From assembly GCA_951406725.2 (NCBI GenBank), contig OX597818.1, positions 104,842,001-104,906,000 on the forward strand: 64,000 bases of DNA, in the 5' to 3' direction. Both the position numbers and the translations under genes were made by a program. Shown in pieces: positions 29,258 through 42,373 of this stretch (the first letter of the stretch is position 1; each line of letters opens with the position of its first letter). A model generated the notes under the pieces. The model saw only the letters and a list, made by a program, of their open reading frames with translations. It searched no databases and was not told the DNA's origin. This DNA is from Octopus vulgaris. Its lineage: Eukaryota.

Positions 29258-29700
29258 TATACATATATATAAATATATATATGTATGAATTTATATATAT
29301 ATATATGTATGAATTTATGTATGCATGAACACACACATACGCACATATATATACATACATATATACATATACAAAATATGCATTTCTCCATACAAATATT
29401 CACACTTTCAGGGATATATATGTATACGCATGCGCATATTCACGATTGTATTCACATGTACACTTATACACCTATATACATAATTTTATGTGTGTGTGTA
29501 TATATAGTTTTATGCGTGTGTGCGTTTATGTAAGTATGTATTTTTTTCACACATGTATATATGTATATAATTGTATGGTGTGCACTTTTATGTATATATT
29601 TTTTGCACATATGTATAGGTATATAGATATACATACATACTAACTATAACTACATACATAAAGCTTCATAAACGCATAGACAATGAGTATACACGAGCGC
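27200..29700. repeat. Extended (TA)n/(TG)n/(TC)n low-complexity field
   Basis: Directly visible; source of many spurious YI/VC/HT ORFs. Confidence 0.95.
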
Positions 29701-30559
29701 AAGCACATAGAGAAGCACACTGAAGCACACACATTCACAGGCAAGCACACACACAAGCATACACACGCATACACAAGCACACGTATACGTACACACTTAT
29801 ATACATGCAAGCCCACCAGGAGCCATATATGTATGAAATATAATAAAGATTTAGCACATATAAACACACATATAGCACGTATACAAATGAATCATCAAAT
29901 GGCGTGAGTAGCAGATGCATGCCAATGTCGATATATTTACATTTACTGGGGAAAATATCTGCAAGACTGTATTGGAATATGACAACGTTTCCAAGGCAGT
30001 TTATAAAGGCCAATAAAATATAAATTACGGCAAAATAAATCATCGATATTCTGTTGTAAATAATCAAAAATGTGTAGGCGAGTATAATGACAAGGCAACA
30101 AAACATAAATATGAAGGAATTCACAATGAGACACAGTCGTGTCGATACATATTGGTTGTCGCTGGGTTTGAGTTTTAGAGTGAAGTGTTATATGAGCTAA
30201 TGATGTCATGGCGAAGAGGTATGTGTGGACTAAGGAAGCGGGGTAAGTTATGGCTTTCCAAAATGGAAAAGTTAACAGATCTGAGATATTTTGAACATTT
30301 GGAGAGTCTAGTGTCTGCAAGTCGAAATTAACGTGGAATGTTTGTTCAGAAGTTGGAGATTGAAAACAACGGTTTCGAACCATGCTAATGCACTAAGTCA
30401 GCAGGGGTAGGTTTTTTTGTTTCTTTTTTGCATCCCGTATTTCCTTGGATGCACCCATTCCTTTCGGAGGTTAACTTATCCTCTAAGCAACTTTAATATA
30501 TGTGTGTGTGCGTGCGTGTGTATATCTGTGTATCCACGTGTGTTTTTGAGGGTTTGGAG

Positions 30560-31570
30560 GTCAATCCAATATAGTAAACAAGAAATACTGGTTTCAGATA
30601 TGGCATTGTATTTTAGTTATTATACTTTGCAACTGTTGCACTCTGATGTGCAGCAGCAATGCAGAAATCTGGTGGACTGTGTTGAGCTTTTAAGTTAGGT
30701 ACACTGATTTTTGCTATAATTTGGGAGAAGTTAGATGTTGGGAATAAGAAAATGTTATGTTTTTTGAGATTATGGTGGTGTGAGAATTGATGGTGTTACA
30801 ATATTAAAAACTGTTCGGTTTTCAGCTGAATTATACAAATTTACTCATGTTTTTTCTATGCCTGGCAAACTGAAATTATTAGTTTGGACGTATTTAAGGT
30901 TCAGTAAATCCAGTCTCCCAGGGTGTTTCAAAATTGTATTCAACTTCGTTAGAAGATAATGAGAAGACTAATCAATATGCTTCTTACAAAATTTTTAGTG
31001 ATGCTCTTGGGGTGGTTTGAAGATGTGTGCATATATTTCAGCATATATTTCATTAGGCATTTTAAAGAATGAGTGTGTGGGTTGTATAAATTAAAGATAA
31101 CAGCCAGGAAGTTTACTGTTTTTGAAACTTCTTGAATACTTATAGAAAGCTCGATCTCATAAGGTAGTTGCGCAAGTTCTTTCTGAAGCAGTCAGTGTTT
31201 TGTAAATTAGATTATCTGAGAACTAATAGCCATCATCTTTATACAATTCGCTGAATACAAAGGATAAATCCTCATTCATACTTATAACATAATGATCTGC
31301 AAGTCTTTTACTCCCATACTTACGCCAAAAGGTTCGATGTTTTTCTTTTTAGGCCATAGTGCATTGTTATGGTATAAGGTAGATTTTTAAAACCTAAATA
31401 ATGTATCCATTTCTGTTGCTTTATTGCTTTAATGTATAGGGTGATAAATTTGAGGAAGTTTATGATATTGGTAAGGATGCATGCCGTGGGATAATATTCT
31501 CTAATGCCAAACGGAAAAAAAGCGATTTGTTTTTCTCTTTTTTTTTTTGCCTGAAGTAAGTTAGAAAGTT
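30560..31570 (-). mobile_element. Decayed Penelope-like element, RT through GIY-YIG region
   Basis: Minus pieces ELYKDDG (GLYRDDG-like) and KTVNFLAVIFNL (VNFLDV.L-like) in PLE order. Confidence 0.6.
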
Positions 31571-31647
31571 AAACCACTTAAGCATCATGCCTTGGAATAA
31601 TTCCAAAGAGGAAGCAGTGACATTTATTTGACTTAGGTAAGATGAAG

Positions 31648-31724
<77 letters not shown>

Positions 31725-31727
<3 letters not shown>

Positions 31728-32043
31728 CACGCCGTCGCTTACGACGACGAGAGTTCCCAGCTGATACGATCAACGGAACAGCTCGCTCGTGAGATTAACG
31801 TGCAAGTGGCTGAGCACTCCACAGACACGCATACCTCTTTATATACTTCTGAGTGAGATTCAGCTTAACACAGAGTGACAAGGTTGACCCATTGAAATAC
31901 AGGTACTACTCATTTTTGCCAACTGAGTGGACTGGAGCAACGTGAAATAAAGTGGCTTGCACAAAGATACAACGTGCTGCCGGGAATTGAACTCGCGCCC
32001 CTGCGATCGCGAACCGAATACCCTAACCACTAAGCCACGCGCC
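31725..32043 (-). mobile_element. tRNA-derived SINE (family C head, alternative 3' part)
   Basis: Minus GGCGCGTGGCTTAGTGGTTAGGG..GAGTTCAATTCCC..CACGTTGCTCCAGTCCACTCAG; homologous to 62330-62610. Confidence 0.8.
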
Positions 32044-32195
32044 TTATATATATATATACACAGGGAGAAAGTAAAAAATAAAAATTAAGAGAGGGAGAGA
32101 GAAAGATATAAATGCATATACAAGCACATATATGAGTGCATGTATATAAGCCAATATGATGTACGCACGTGCGCATATATTTATATGTATATATG

Positions 32196-32229
<34 letters not shown>

Positions 32230-32329
32230 TGTATGTATGTATGTATGTATGTATGTATGCATGTATGTATGTATGTATGTATGTATGTATGTATGTATGT
32301 TTACTTTTGGTTCCTCCGTTTAGTCATCT

Positions 32330-32604
32330 GAGACCTGCTCTCTTAAGTGGCGGGTATCATTTCGACTCTACTGGTCACAGCACGCTGTTCATTCCTCTCT
32401 GAATCGTACCTTCCTTAGTCACGTAGCTCCAAACGTTTACCGTATTTCGTCAGCCGACTATTTTGGAGGCCCTCCGGATGGCCTCACCGCTCGCGCGAAT
32501 ACCACTTTGACAACTGCTCGACTCCACCGATTGTCGGTGAACCGAGAGACGTGTCCAACCCATCTGAATTTCTGCCTTCTGTTTTCAGCGATGATGTCTC
32601 TCAC

Positions 32605-32607
<3 letters not shown>
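32330..32607 (-). mobile_element. RTE-clade LINE C-terminal fragment
   Basis: Minus GVRDIIAENRRQKFRWVGHVSRFTDNRWSRAV...RPSGGPP. Confidence 0.8.
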
Positions 32608-32677
<70 letters not shown>

Positions 32678-32849
32678 GTTTTTTTTTTTTTTGTTGAAAT
32701 GGAAAGATGAATTATCTTGTTACGGATTATTCAAAAGTTTAACCGATACCTGGGTAGCAAAAATCACAGCAGAAAAAACACGGTTGGAGTTATGACCATA
32801 GGGTGTTGCAACCGTGCGTTGGCGCGGATAATTGAAGTTTAATATAATT

Positions 32850-34048
32850 AGTGAATGGAAGAAATGGAGTTGAACGAAGATTCTACAGAATTCCTTTTAT
32901 TACATTCTACACATGTTTCAAAGGCCACAAATTTCCAAATTCTGATTGAATAAGGATACCATATTGCAGCTTTCTCTTCAGGAAAATCCAGGAATTACGA
33001 TGTCCAAACAAAACAAAGGCGCAGCAAGCAACTCGAACAAGAACGCTCCCTAGGAGCCCATGGAGTGGGGTAAACTGTTTCTCAATGTACGTTGAAATCG
33101 GGGGGTTGGTGGAGGCCGACAAAAAAGTCCGATGGAATAAATCAAGGTCAGGCCGCGGTCAAATCTGGTAGGTGAGGAAATAATGAAAACAGGAGGTGTG
33201 AAGATATTCTGTGTGACCAAAGTTAATGCTCTGAATATTTTAAGAATTCAGGGTGTCTTATTTAGGTGCGAGAAACTACCTACCTACATGCATGTGTGTG
33301 TATGCTAGCCTATGTATGCGTGGCCGTATGGTGGCGAGGGGCGCGAGATAGTGAGCACTGCTGAAAGAAGCCGGTCAGGCGGCTGAAATAAATCTGTGTT
33401 CGTGTGTCCGTCAGTGGCCTGCTTGTCTAAATTAACCTCGGCAAAAATCAGGGAGGTATAATTCCCTGATTTTTGCCGAGGCCACTGACGGACACACGAA
33501 CACAGATTTATTTCAGCCGCCTGACCGGCTTCTTTCAGCAGTGCTCACTATCTCGCGCCCCTCGCCACCATACGGTCACGCATACATAGGCTAGCATACA
33601 CACACATGCATGTAGGTAGGTAGTTTCTCGCACCTAAATAAGACACCCTGAATTCTTAAAATATTCAGAGCATTAACTTTGGTCACACAGAATATCTTCA
33701 CACCCCTTGTTTTCATTATTTCCTCACCTACCAGATTTGACCGCGGCCTGACCTTGATTTATTCCATCGGACTTTTTTGTCGGCCTCCACCAACCCCCCG
33801 ATTTCAACGTACATTGAGAAACAGTTTACCCCACTCCATGGGCTCCTAGGGAGCGTTCTTGTTCGAGTTGCTTGCTGCGCCTTTGTTTTGTTTGGACATC
33901 GTAATTCCTGGATTTTCCTGAAGAGAAAGCTGCAATATGGTATCCTTATTCAATCAGAATTTGGAAATTTGTGGCCTTTGAAACATGTGTAGAATGTAAT
34001 AAAAGGAATTCTGTAGAATCTTCGTTCAGCTCCATTTCTTCCATTCAC

Positions 34049-34050
<2 letters not shown>
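32850..34050. mobile_element. ~1.2-kb near-perfect palindromic (foldback) element
   Basis: TAGTGAATGG...CCATTCACTA; ~590-bp arms with about 4 substitutions and one 18-bp indel; ~8-nt loop near 33460; identical 71-aa ORF on both strands. Confidence 0.9.
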
Positions 34051-34136
<86 letters not shown>

Positions 34137-34351
34137 TAACCCTGGTTTCGCTTCCGAACAAAATATCAAGTAAAACCGTGCTATTGAAGATGGCGCGAGT
34201 AGTCCAATCCAGCTTCCCTTTGATGGAGTTGAACGCTTTCCATACGAAATATATCACATTTAAAATATATCAAGCTTAAAATCTTCTCATATAAATTCGC
34301 ACCATAGTTAACAATATAGAATGATCGCAAGTAAAATGCTATTGGCTGTAC

Positions 34352-35320
34352 AACTATATTTTGCTATCAAATTAATCAGAAAATGAATGTGTATAACATT
34401 TATAAAGTGCATAGAAGAAAGATAAAATGACAGTAGTAATATCTTGTCTCAAAGAAATATTGGAAAAAGATTTGTGTTAAAAACACACAGCTTTGCTCAG
34501 GACGTTGGTGGAATGTGATGAAAATGTCGGATGTTCTGAACTAAGTGCAAATTGCTTGTTGTAATATAGAAATCAGTTTACAAAACATTCACTTGTTTGA
34601 GGGAAAGATAGCCAAGTTAGAATTATATTAATATACGTATTTAAAACAGCCTTTGCGCTGTATAATAATTTATAAAGCATATACAAGCGCAAAACGGCAC
34701 TAGCTGTTTATGTATCGTGTCAGAGAAACAACTCGAAGAAACTTGTGTGCTAAAGACAATGAATAATAGAAGGGTTTTTTTTTTTCTTTCAACTATAAGT
34801 ACAAGTCTTGGAATTTTATGGTCGTGGTGATTGATCGATTACATTGATTCCTGTGCTCAACTGATTTTATTTCATTGATCCCGAAAAGAGGAAAAGCAAA
34901 GCTGACCTCGGCAGAATTTGAACTCAGAACGTAAAAACAGAAGAAATGTTGCTGCGAAACATATTGTGCAGAATGCTACCTCGAGACAATATTCTGCCAG
35001 TAAGTGCCCTGAGATTTACGCAAATGTTAAAAATAGAATCTATCTGCTCAGAAATAAAAAAAATATAAATTCTATTTTGAATTTTAAGTTTTGTACCTTT
35101 CATTCTTCTACTGATTTCTATATTACAACAAGCAATTTTAGCTTAGCTTAGAACTTAGAAATTTTCATTATATTCCACTTATGATCTGAGCAAAACCGTT
35201 TGTTTTTTATACAGAAATCTTTTTGAGACAAGATATTACTACTGTCATTTCACTTTTCTTTACACTTTACAAATGTTATACACATTAATTTTCTGTTTCA
35301 TTTGATAACAAAATATAGTT
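34352..35320. mobile_element. Decayed MITE with ~140-bp inverted arms, containing an old SINE-A (~34787-35000, minus)
   Basis: AAATGACAGTAGTAATATCTTGTCTCAAA pairs with TTTGAGACAAGATATTACTACTGTCATTT; AACTATATTTTG pairs with CAAAATATAGTT. Confidence 0.7.
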
Positions 35321-35717
35321 ATTTTTTCATGGAATGGCAGCAAATGATTCCATGAAACAATTTAATGAGGCTGGATTTATAATTTAATTAAGATCAAAGA
35401 ATGCGCTTCGTCTTTTATTTATTTATTCATTGTATTGCCTAACACATGTGTAAAGAAAATAACAGGTTTACAATTTGTTTTGGGCAATCTCATTATAGCA
35501 AATTTTCTGTTGCAATGAAATATTTTACATTATTTTAATTGTGCTAAAACGGAAATATCTGCAGTCAATATATACATATATATGCAAATACATAGTTCAT
35601 AGCAATGTTATTTATATGGGTAAGCCCTTTGGGTATTTAATATCCTTTCGGTGGTTGTTTAACACCTAACTGAATTATTATCTCATGTATATATACATAT
35701 ATATATGCAAGAATTTA

Positions 35718-36555
35718 TCTATTACATGTGAGAAACTCTGTCTGTGGGTGTGTTTGTTTGCAGAGTTGTTAGCTAACTCCTCCTGCATGATTTTATCGAT
35801 TTTGATGAAACTTGACACATAAGTAGAATTCATGGCTGGAAACCTCATGGCATACTCAGATTGTTGAAAAAGACCGATTATATGGCCCCTGGAAGGGATC
35901 ATTATATATAACTAATATATTCTATATTTTAACACCCAAGAGAAATAACCCATTCATTTTCCTCTATTATTTGGTATAAATGAAATTGAGTATACTTATT
36001 TATTAGTATTTGAACTGTTAGAGTTATTTTAGTAATTTATCTAGTTCAACCCTTAAACAAGTAAATAGTATTTTCCTAAAAAACAGAGCCACTTATTTCG
36101 ATTAGTGACTTATTCACAAATATACAAACACTAGCGCACTTTTCAGAGTTATTTATTTAGAATTGTTATTATCTCAACTCTGATTAGTTTGTTATTACGT
36201 AACATGCTTTATGATTTTAGTATACATACCTTATTGATATTTCCTCCTAAGTTCTATATACTCTGGGAACGCATTAAAGCCTTTTTCGGGGCTACTTTAT
36301 TTGAATTCTTACTACCGGGTAACTAATTTCATGTTATTACATAACTGATTTCCCAATTTGGGTATTCATAACTTATTGGGAATTCCTAACAACAAAATCC
36401 TGTGTAAAACAGTGTGGTATTCTCTGTAAATGCACAAAACCCGTTTTTAGGGCTACATGCTTTGTATTGTTCTTATTGGATTAGCGAAACAATTATGAGA
36501 ATGGAACCAAGGGATAAGCCCTGCTTTACTGGGAATTACCGGGTACGTCAGCTAT
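35718..36555 (+). mobile_element. Non-autonomous Helitron, apparently full length
   Basis: A|TC start followed by TGTTTGTTTG and CGATTTTGATGAAACTTG; 3' hairpin then CTAT|T (CTAG in the 17374 copy). Confidence 0.75.
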
Positions 36556-36602
36556 TATACATATATATATACGTACATCTATATGTATGTATGTGTATGT
36601 GT

Positions 36603-36710
<108 letters not shown>

Positions 36711-37479
36711 GTAAACCTGCGTATATGAAAGAATACAATTCTTCGCACACATGCGTTCGTTTATACAGTTAAAGGCATAAAAAGTACTATAGATGTATTG
36801 AAATATTGAAATATTTTATATCCTACAAATATAAAAGCACTCTTTTTGAGCATGTGCATATACGCTTGCATGTGAAGGAAAGAGAGAATGTGTTGGAGAG
36901 TGCGTGAGAGAGAAAGAGAGTGAGAGAGAGAGGAGAGAAGGGAGAGAGAGAAGCAAAATATATGCTTATATTATGTTTTTACTAAGACCTTGCAGCGGAC
37001 CCAACGTTTCATTCTGATATCACAATATCATTAGATGTCAGAATTTTCAAATCAACAGATAACGTGTCGGTTATACAGGTCGTGTTTTTATACATATCAA
37101 AAGAACACATAACTCGTACAAAACATCGCTGGAAGGGAAGCTTTAAAACGAATAAAACAACTTAGAGCAGAAATAACGTATTTCATTAGAATGGCCACAT
37201 TCCGCTTATAAAGGAAAGAAAGAAAATGGGAAAATAGTTATATTTTTACAAAGAGTAACGATTATTCGTATGTATTGAAATATTAATGATTCGCTTTAAA
37301 TATGTAATTGTTCAATATCAAGAAAACCAAATATCTCCGAGCTTTACCTTTTAATAAATGGAATGGAAATTTTGTATACAGTTAAGCACATAAAAAGAGA
37401 ATATTATTACAAGAGAGTACACAAAAGAAGCAAATAAGCAAGTTCTAGAATCTGTGTAAGAGATGAGCGTAGTAGCTGT

Positions 37480-37850
37480 ACTGGCAAGTAATGTTTGTCG
37501 CCTCTTAAAAAATCGCAGTAACGTCCGTTCAAACGGAACAGCTCTGTTGAAGGTGATAATTCGAGAACGGAGCAAACGATGTGATCGCAGAGTCCCGAAA
37601 ACTAGTTCCGCTGAGTCGTACATGTTGCAAGGTTCGGTTCATAGACAACGGGTGGATCCTTGTAGTTGCCGAGTGGTATCCAAGAGACCGAAAAAAGCCA
37701 CTTGGAAGTCCACCACGACGATGGTCACAGACGATTTAGTCAAGCAAATTGTGTCAAGATTGAAAAAGATGGCTCGGTCAAGACAGAACTGGAAGCACAT
37801 TGTGACCAGCGGTGTATAATAGCATCTGATAGTGATAGTGATACAGTGAT
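37480..37850 (+). mobile_element. RTE-clade LINE C-terminus and 3' end
   Basis: RFIDNGWILVVAEWYPRDRKKPLGSPPRRW..DDL..MARSRQNWK, followed by a (GATAGT)n-type tail. Confidence 0.8.
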
Positions 37851-37899
37851 TCAGTAACAAATATATATACTAATTATCCGTAAAGGCACTCCTCGGTAA

Positions 37900-38180
37900 T
37901 GCCTCGTTATAGAGGAGCTCGACCTTCTGCTGCTAACTGTGACTAGATTTCTAAATATAGCCGAGTGTGGTTCGAATGTCTACGAATATACATACTTATT
38001 TCATTGGACTTGCTGTAGGCGTAGTGCTTGTCCATCCGGTGGTCTAGGGATGCGTCCAGAAGGTCGACTTTTGTTGAATTGATGATAAAGGGTATAGTTA
38101 GGCCGAAGACTTTCCTCAGAATCTTTTTGAATTTGTCCATAGTGTAGCCGTTGAAACAACATTCTAATATCGTTAAACTT
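37900..38180 (-). mobile_element. Penelope-like RT (thumb) fragment
   Basis: ORF 37943-38140 KKILRKVFGLTI..NSTKVDLLDASLD..Y.YSKSN..YIRRHSNH matches the PLE pattern VNFLDV.LDL..Y.KPN..YI..SNHP. Confidence 0.8.
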
Positions 38181-38254
38181 TACTTTTGTATTGAGTACGC
38201 CTTATTCTGAAACACACACCCACTCACACACAAACACACACATACACACACACA

Positions 38255-38343
<89 letters not shown>

Positions 38344-38363
38344 GTAAAAATAATAGGTGACAG

Positions 38364-38456
38364 TTATTCGGTAGCCAAGATAAAACTCTGAGTTTCGGAT
38401 GCCGAGGTGGAAATCCACACCACCACCTCTTCAGTTATCCCATGGCTACCGAATAA
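38364..38456 (-). ncRNA. Type I hammerhead ribozyme with long stem I extension
   Basis: Minus: ..GCCA-U-GGGAUAA CUGAAGA GG..(GUGG-AUUU-CCAC)..CC GAAA CUCAGAG UU^UUAUCU UGGC... Stem I continues as UUAUUCGGUAGCCA/UGGCUACCGAAUAA and out to 38340/38480. Confidence 0.8.
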
Positions 38457-38542
38457 TTGCCACATATTATTTTTACAGATAAATTCTTCTATTTACATAA
38501 TATCGAGGTCTCTTTCTTTCTTTTGTTATCTTACAATTTTTA

Positions 38543-38602
<60 letters not shown>

Positions 38603-38742
38603 TTAGCTATCGTTCAAATAAAAATTTATCTTTATTGGTAATAAACCGAACATTGATAATTTGATAACATACATTTGTATATGTGTTATACCCACCCACA
38701 CACACACATATGCATGCATACACATATATATATGTATATATA

Positions 38743-38822
<80 letters not shown>

Positions 38823-38836
38823 TATAAAAATGTATA

Positions 38837-38867
<31 letters not shown>

Positions 38868-39481
38868 ATACATATATGTATATATTCCTTTTAAAATGGT
38901 CATTGTGCAAAGCCTACATGTAAATCTTCAATAAGTTAGTTGCGTTTATTCCCAACAAAGATAAATATTTATTTAAACGATCGATAAGTTATTTCGATCT
39001 GATATAGTAATTTAAATATTTATAGCATAGCGCTACTTTATATACACTAAGAACATTTTTATACTGAAAGAAAACTGACTCGTTCCGTATCATTAAATTC
39101 AAAATTTGAACTACTAAATATAATAGCTTTAACATTACACACGAGCGTCTAGGCGAGCTATAAACAATAAAGCGATGTAATCCATATTTTATCCATTCAG
39201 GTTGCATTGTTTAAGCGCACATTAGACAAGCATTCAAATACGACCTAAATTGAAGGAAACATCATTTATTAAAACGACCGCATTTTCAAATATTATTTTG
39301 CATTGATTTATAATAGAAAGAAAGGAAAAGAAAAGGATGTGTTAAGATGGTGTTATATTTATAAAAGGATAGTGTTATTATTAAGAATTCAAACCAATAC
39401 ACACGTATACACACATACGCACACACATATACACACACATATACACACACAAATATAATGAATGTATGTGTGCATGTAGTG

Positions 39482-39531
<50 letters not shown>

Positions 39532-39714
39532 CGTACACGTACACGCACATAATATAAATAGTACGTGTGCGTATATATAATATACATGCATATACATGGT
39601 ACAGATATGTATACCTGCATGTACTTGTCTCTCTCGATCTCTTTCTCTCTTCCTCCCTTTCTGTCTCTTTTCCTTCCTTTCTATTTCTTCTCTCTCGGTC
39701 TATTTCTCTGAATT

Positions 39715-39786
<72 letters not shown>

Positions 39787-40415
39787 TGTGTGCACGAAGA
39801 AAGAGTTGATAGTTACTTCAAACCAGACTCTCGGGTGATGGCCAACCAGCCGAAACTTGAAACTCACTTTCAACCGTTTCCTTGAAAAATTAGTAAACAT
39901 GTACTCTGCTACAATGTATTACTAAAAAACATAACAAAATTGAATATATTGCTTCACATAAAAACAACATAAGTTTATACATATAAGCATATATATACGA
40001 GTGAGTGGACAAAGGAAAGAGCACTCAAGCAATTTATTGGAAGTAACATTCATAGTTCAAAACAGCTCGATTCAAATTCGTTGGTACACTTGAGTTTCAA
40101 GAATGATGCTAGTTGTCAGCCGTTTTGAATTTGCATAACAGAGGTTGATTGTTATTATCAAAAAGTGGGCTGCGATTGGTCGGGGAAGGTCACGCGGAGT
40201 TGTGGTTTGATGTTGGTATATGGGTAACATTTAGTTGGAAAATACCGCCTAGTGGACAGTACATACGTATATAATATACTTGCAAAAATGCATGCCTGCA
40301 TACATACATACATACACACACAGTATCATCGTAGAAAGTTGAAGCCGGTTAAGCAGTCACTGATTAATTCTCAATATAGATTGCAACTGGTTTAGCTCAT
40401 CTCTGTAAAGTTGGA

Positions 40416-40449
<34 letters not shown>

Positions 40450-40450
<1 letters not shown>

Positions 40451-40615
40451 CTTCCCTTCCTTGGACTTTACCTTTTTCTATGTTTCTGACGAAGAGCTCC
40501 GCTCGAAACGTTATATCCTCCTTTCTTTCCTTTTCTGAGCGTCCAATAACACTATACTTGTTCCACGTCCTCGCGTTGTTGTGTTTTCTCTTTGCTCATG
40601 TTTGGATTAACTATA
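40450..40615 (+). mobile_element. PLE pseudo-LTR fragment with minimal hammerhead (40482-40516)
   Basis: GUUU CUGACGA A GAGC-UCC-GCUC GAAACGUU AUAU; homologous to 47940-48130 (minus); ends in (TA)n. Confidence 0.7.
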
Positions 40616-41037
40616 TATATATATATATATTAAATAAAGATATATTATTACCATTATTACTGATATTAATAAGGTAATAATAAGGTGGCCAGCAAGTTCT
40701 CACAGTTAGAAGCACAATATAAGGCAAATTTAGATTCAGTAGGGTATATAATACCACTTACTAAAATCAGAGCCAAGGTTCCAAAACCACCAGAAACTCA
40801 CAATAAAGTTACACATGAGCAATGCAATGAACATATTAGAAATAGGCTTACCTTTGCGTTGAATACATCAGCAAGTAATGTATGTATTTCAATGTCAATT
40901 GATTTCACCCTCTGTATGACCAACATACTCTGGGATCTTCAGTTGAAAATAACATTTTAATATCTATTTCTAACATATTCATAACATTAGCTCGTGTGCG
41001 TTTCTTTATTTCAAACGTCCCGCTCCGTTTAAAAGAA

Positions 41038-41188
41038 AATTTCTGTACCAGTGCCCACATCAAAATATGAGTCATCCTATTAGGTACTACATTAGATCTA
41101 GGTAACTGATGTCGAAACTAGTTTCGACATCAGTTACCTAGATCCTATGTAGTACTCATATTTTGTTGTGGGCACTGGTACAGAAATT
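41038..41188. repeat. Loop-less palindrome centred on ACTAGT
   Basis: GATCTAGGTAACTGATGTCGAAACT|AGTTTCGACATCAGTTACCTAGATC is perfect; outer arms pair with a ~13-nt extra segment on the left. Confidence 0.92.
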
Positions 41189-41279
41189 ATTGTGAGCTAC
41201 TAACTATGTATGCACAGAACTCTAAGAAACAAATTTCACTTGATTTCGTGTTCCTTATTCTCATCGATCCAAGGCAGCT

Positions 41280-41760
41280 TTCCACATCGGCTCTCGGGAA
41301 AAATAATCAAACTTTACTAGACTGGCTTATAGTTTTCCTTTTCATACCGAGGTTAGACTAGTTTCTGGTCATCTCTCCTAGGAACATTTATCCTGACCAA
41401 AGTCTATCCTTTTATTTTTTGGGAATGTCGTAACCATGTCGAGGCTCTTCTGCATATCATTTATATTTTTGGCATATATTTCTGGGTCGTTCAAAAAAGG
41501 AAGCTACATATATCAGGTTAGTGTCTCTGTCTTCCTGTGAGCCAATCACAAACCTTTCAAATTTACTCAATAAAAAATTCAGTGTAAGACTATACAGTAT
41601 TACTAAGAGACAGCCTTCTTGAAATACGTATTCCTTTCCGATGCTTTATTCTACCGAAGATTATACAATCCGCTTTTAACTTTAAGATGGAAGCTCACTG
41701 TGATGCCAGTTTGCATTTGGCTGAAATTATAGTGTATTCTACCTTAACATATTAAGAGAC
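41280..41760 (-). mobile_element. Old R4/Dong-type RT fragment
   Basis: Minus LFLNDPEIYAKN..MQKSLDMVTTFPKNKRIDFGQDKC resembles LFMDDLKLYAKN..V..FS.DI.M.FG.DKC; GI.FQEG.L upstream. Confidence 0.65.
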
Positions 41761-41865
41761 CCTTAGCATTAGCAGCAAATGGGCAACAGAATCAAATACT
41801 TTCTTGTTATCATAACAGAATCTAACGAAATATCTTCCTATATCATCACACTTCTTACATTACAG

Positions 41866-41937
<72 letters not shown>

Positions 41938-41940
<3 letters not shown>

Positions 41941-42302
41941 TAGTTTTATTTTTATAGCGTGCTTTCACTTCACTACCGAGCGCAGCTCTGTGTGCCTTGG
42001 GTATGTGCTGTCATTTGTTGTGATGCTCTGATGGTTATTGTATGGAAAGTGTTCTGCGTAGGATGTGTGCAGTGCCTAGTAGTGCAATTTTCTGTATGTT
42101 ATATGTGTTTGTAAGTCCTGGTGTTTTTGTTATGTATTTGTCTGAATATTTTTTTATCATGCCTAATGCACCTACTATGATAGGAATTGTTTCTGTTTTC
42201 AGGTTCCACATTCTAGTTATCTCTATTTCCAGGTCTTTGTATTTTGAGAGTTTCTCCATTTCTTTTAGAGACACGTTGTCATCTGCCGGTATTGATACAT
42301 CA
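41938..42302 (-). mobile_element. 5'-truncated Dong/R4-clade LINE (RLE C-terminus plus 3'UTR) inserted in (TAA)n
   Basis: IDVSIPADDNVSLKEMEKLSKYKDLEIEITRMWNLKTETIPIIVGALG...IQKIALLGTAHILRRTL; long (TAA)n on both sides, the known Dong target. Confidence 0.92.

Positions 42303-42373
<71 letters not shown>

Noticed and set aside
29943-30383. 146-aa ORF in non-microsatellite DNA
   Set aside because: No recognisable motif; lies just downstream of a decayed PLE and is probably part of it.
32907-33992. Identical 71-aa ORF on both strands
   Set aside because: Consequence of the palindrome; non-ATG start and no recognisable domain.
32850-34050. CACTA transposon
   Set aside because: Termini are TAGTG...CACTA, the reverse of the CACTA...TAGTG arrangement, and no 3-bp TSD.
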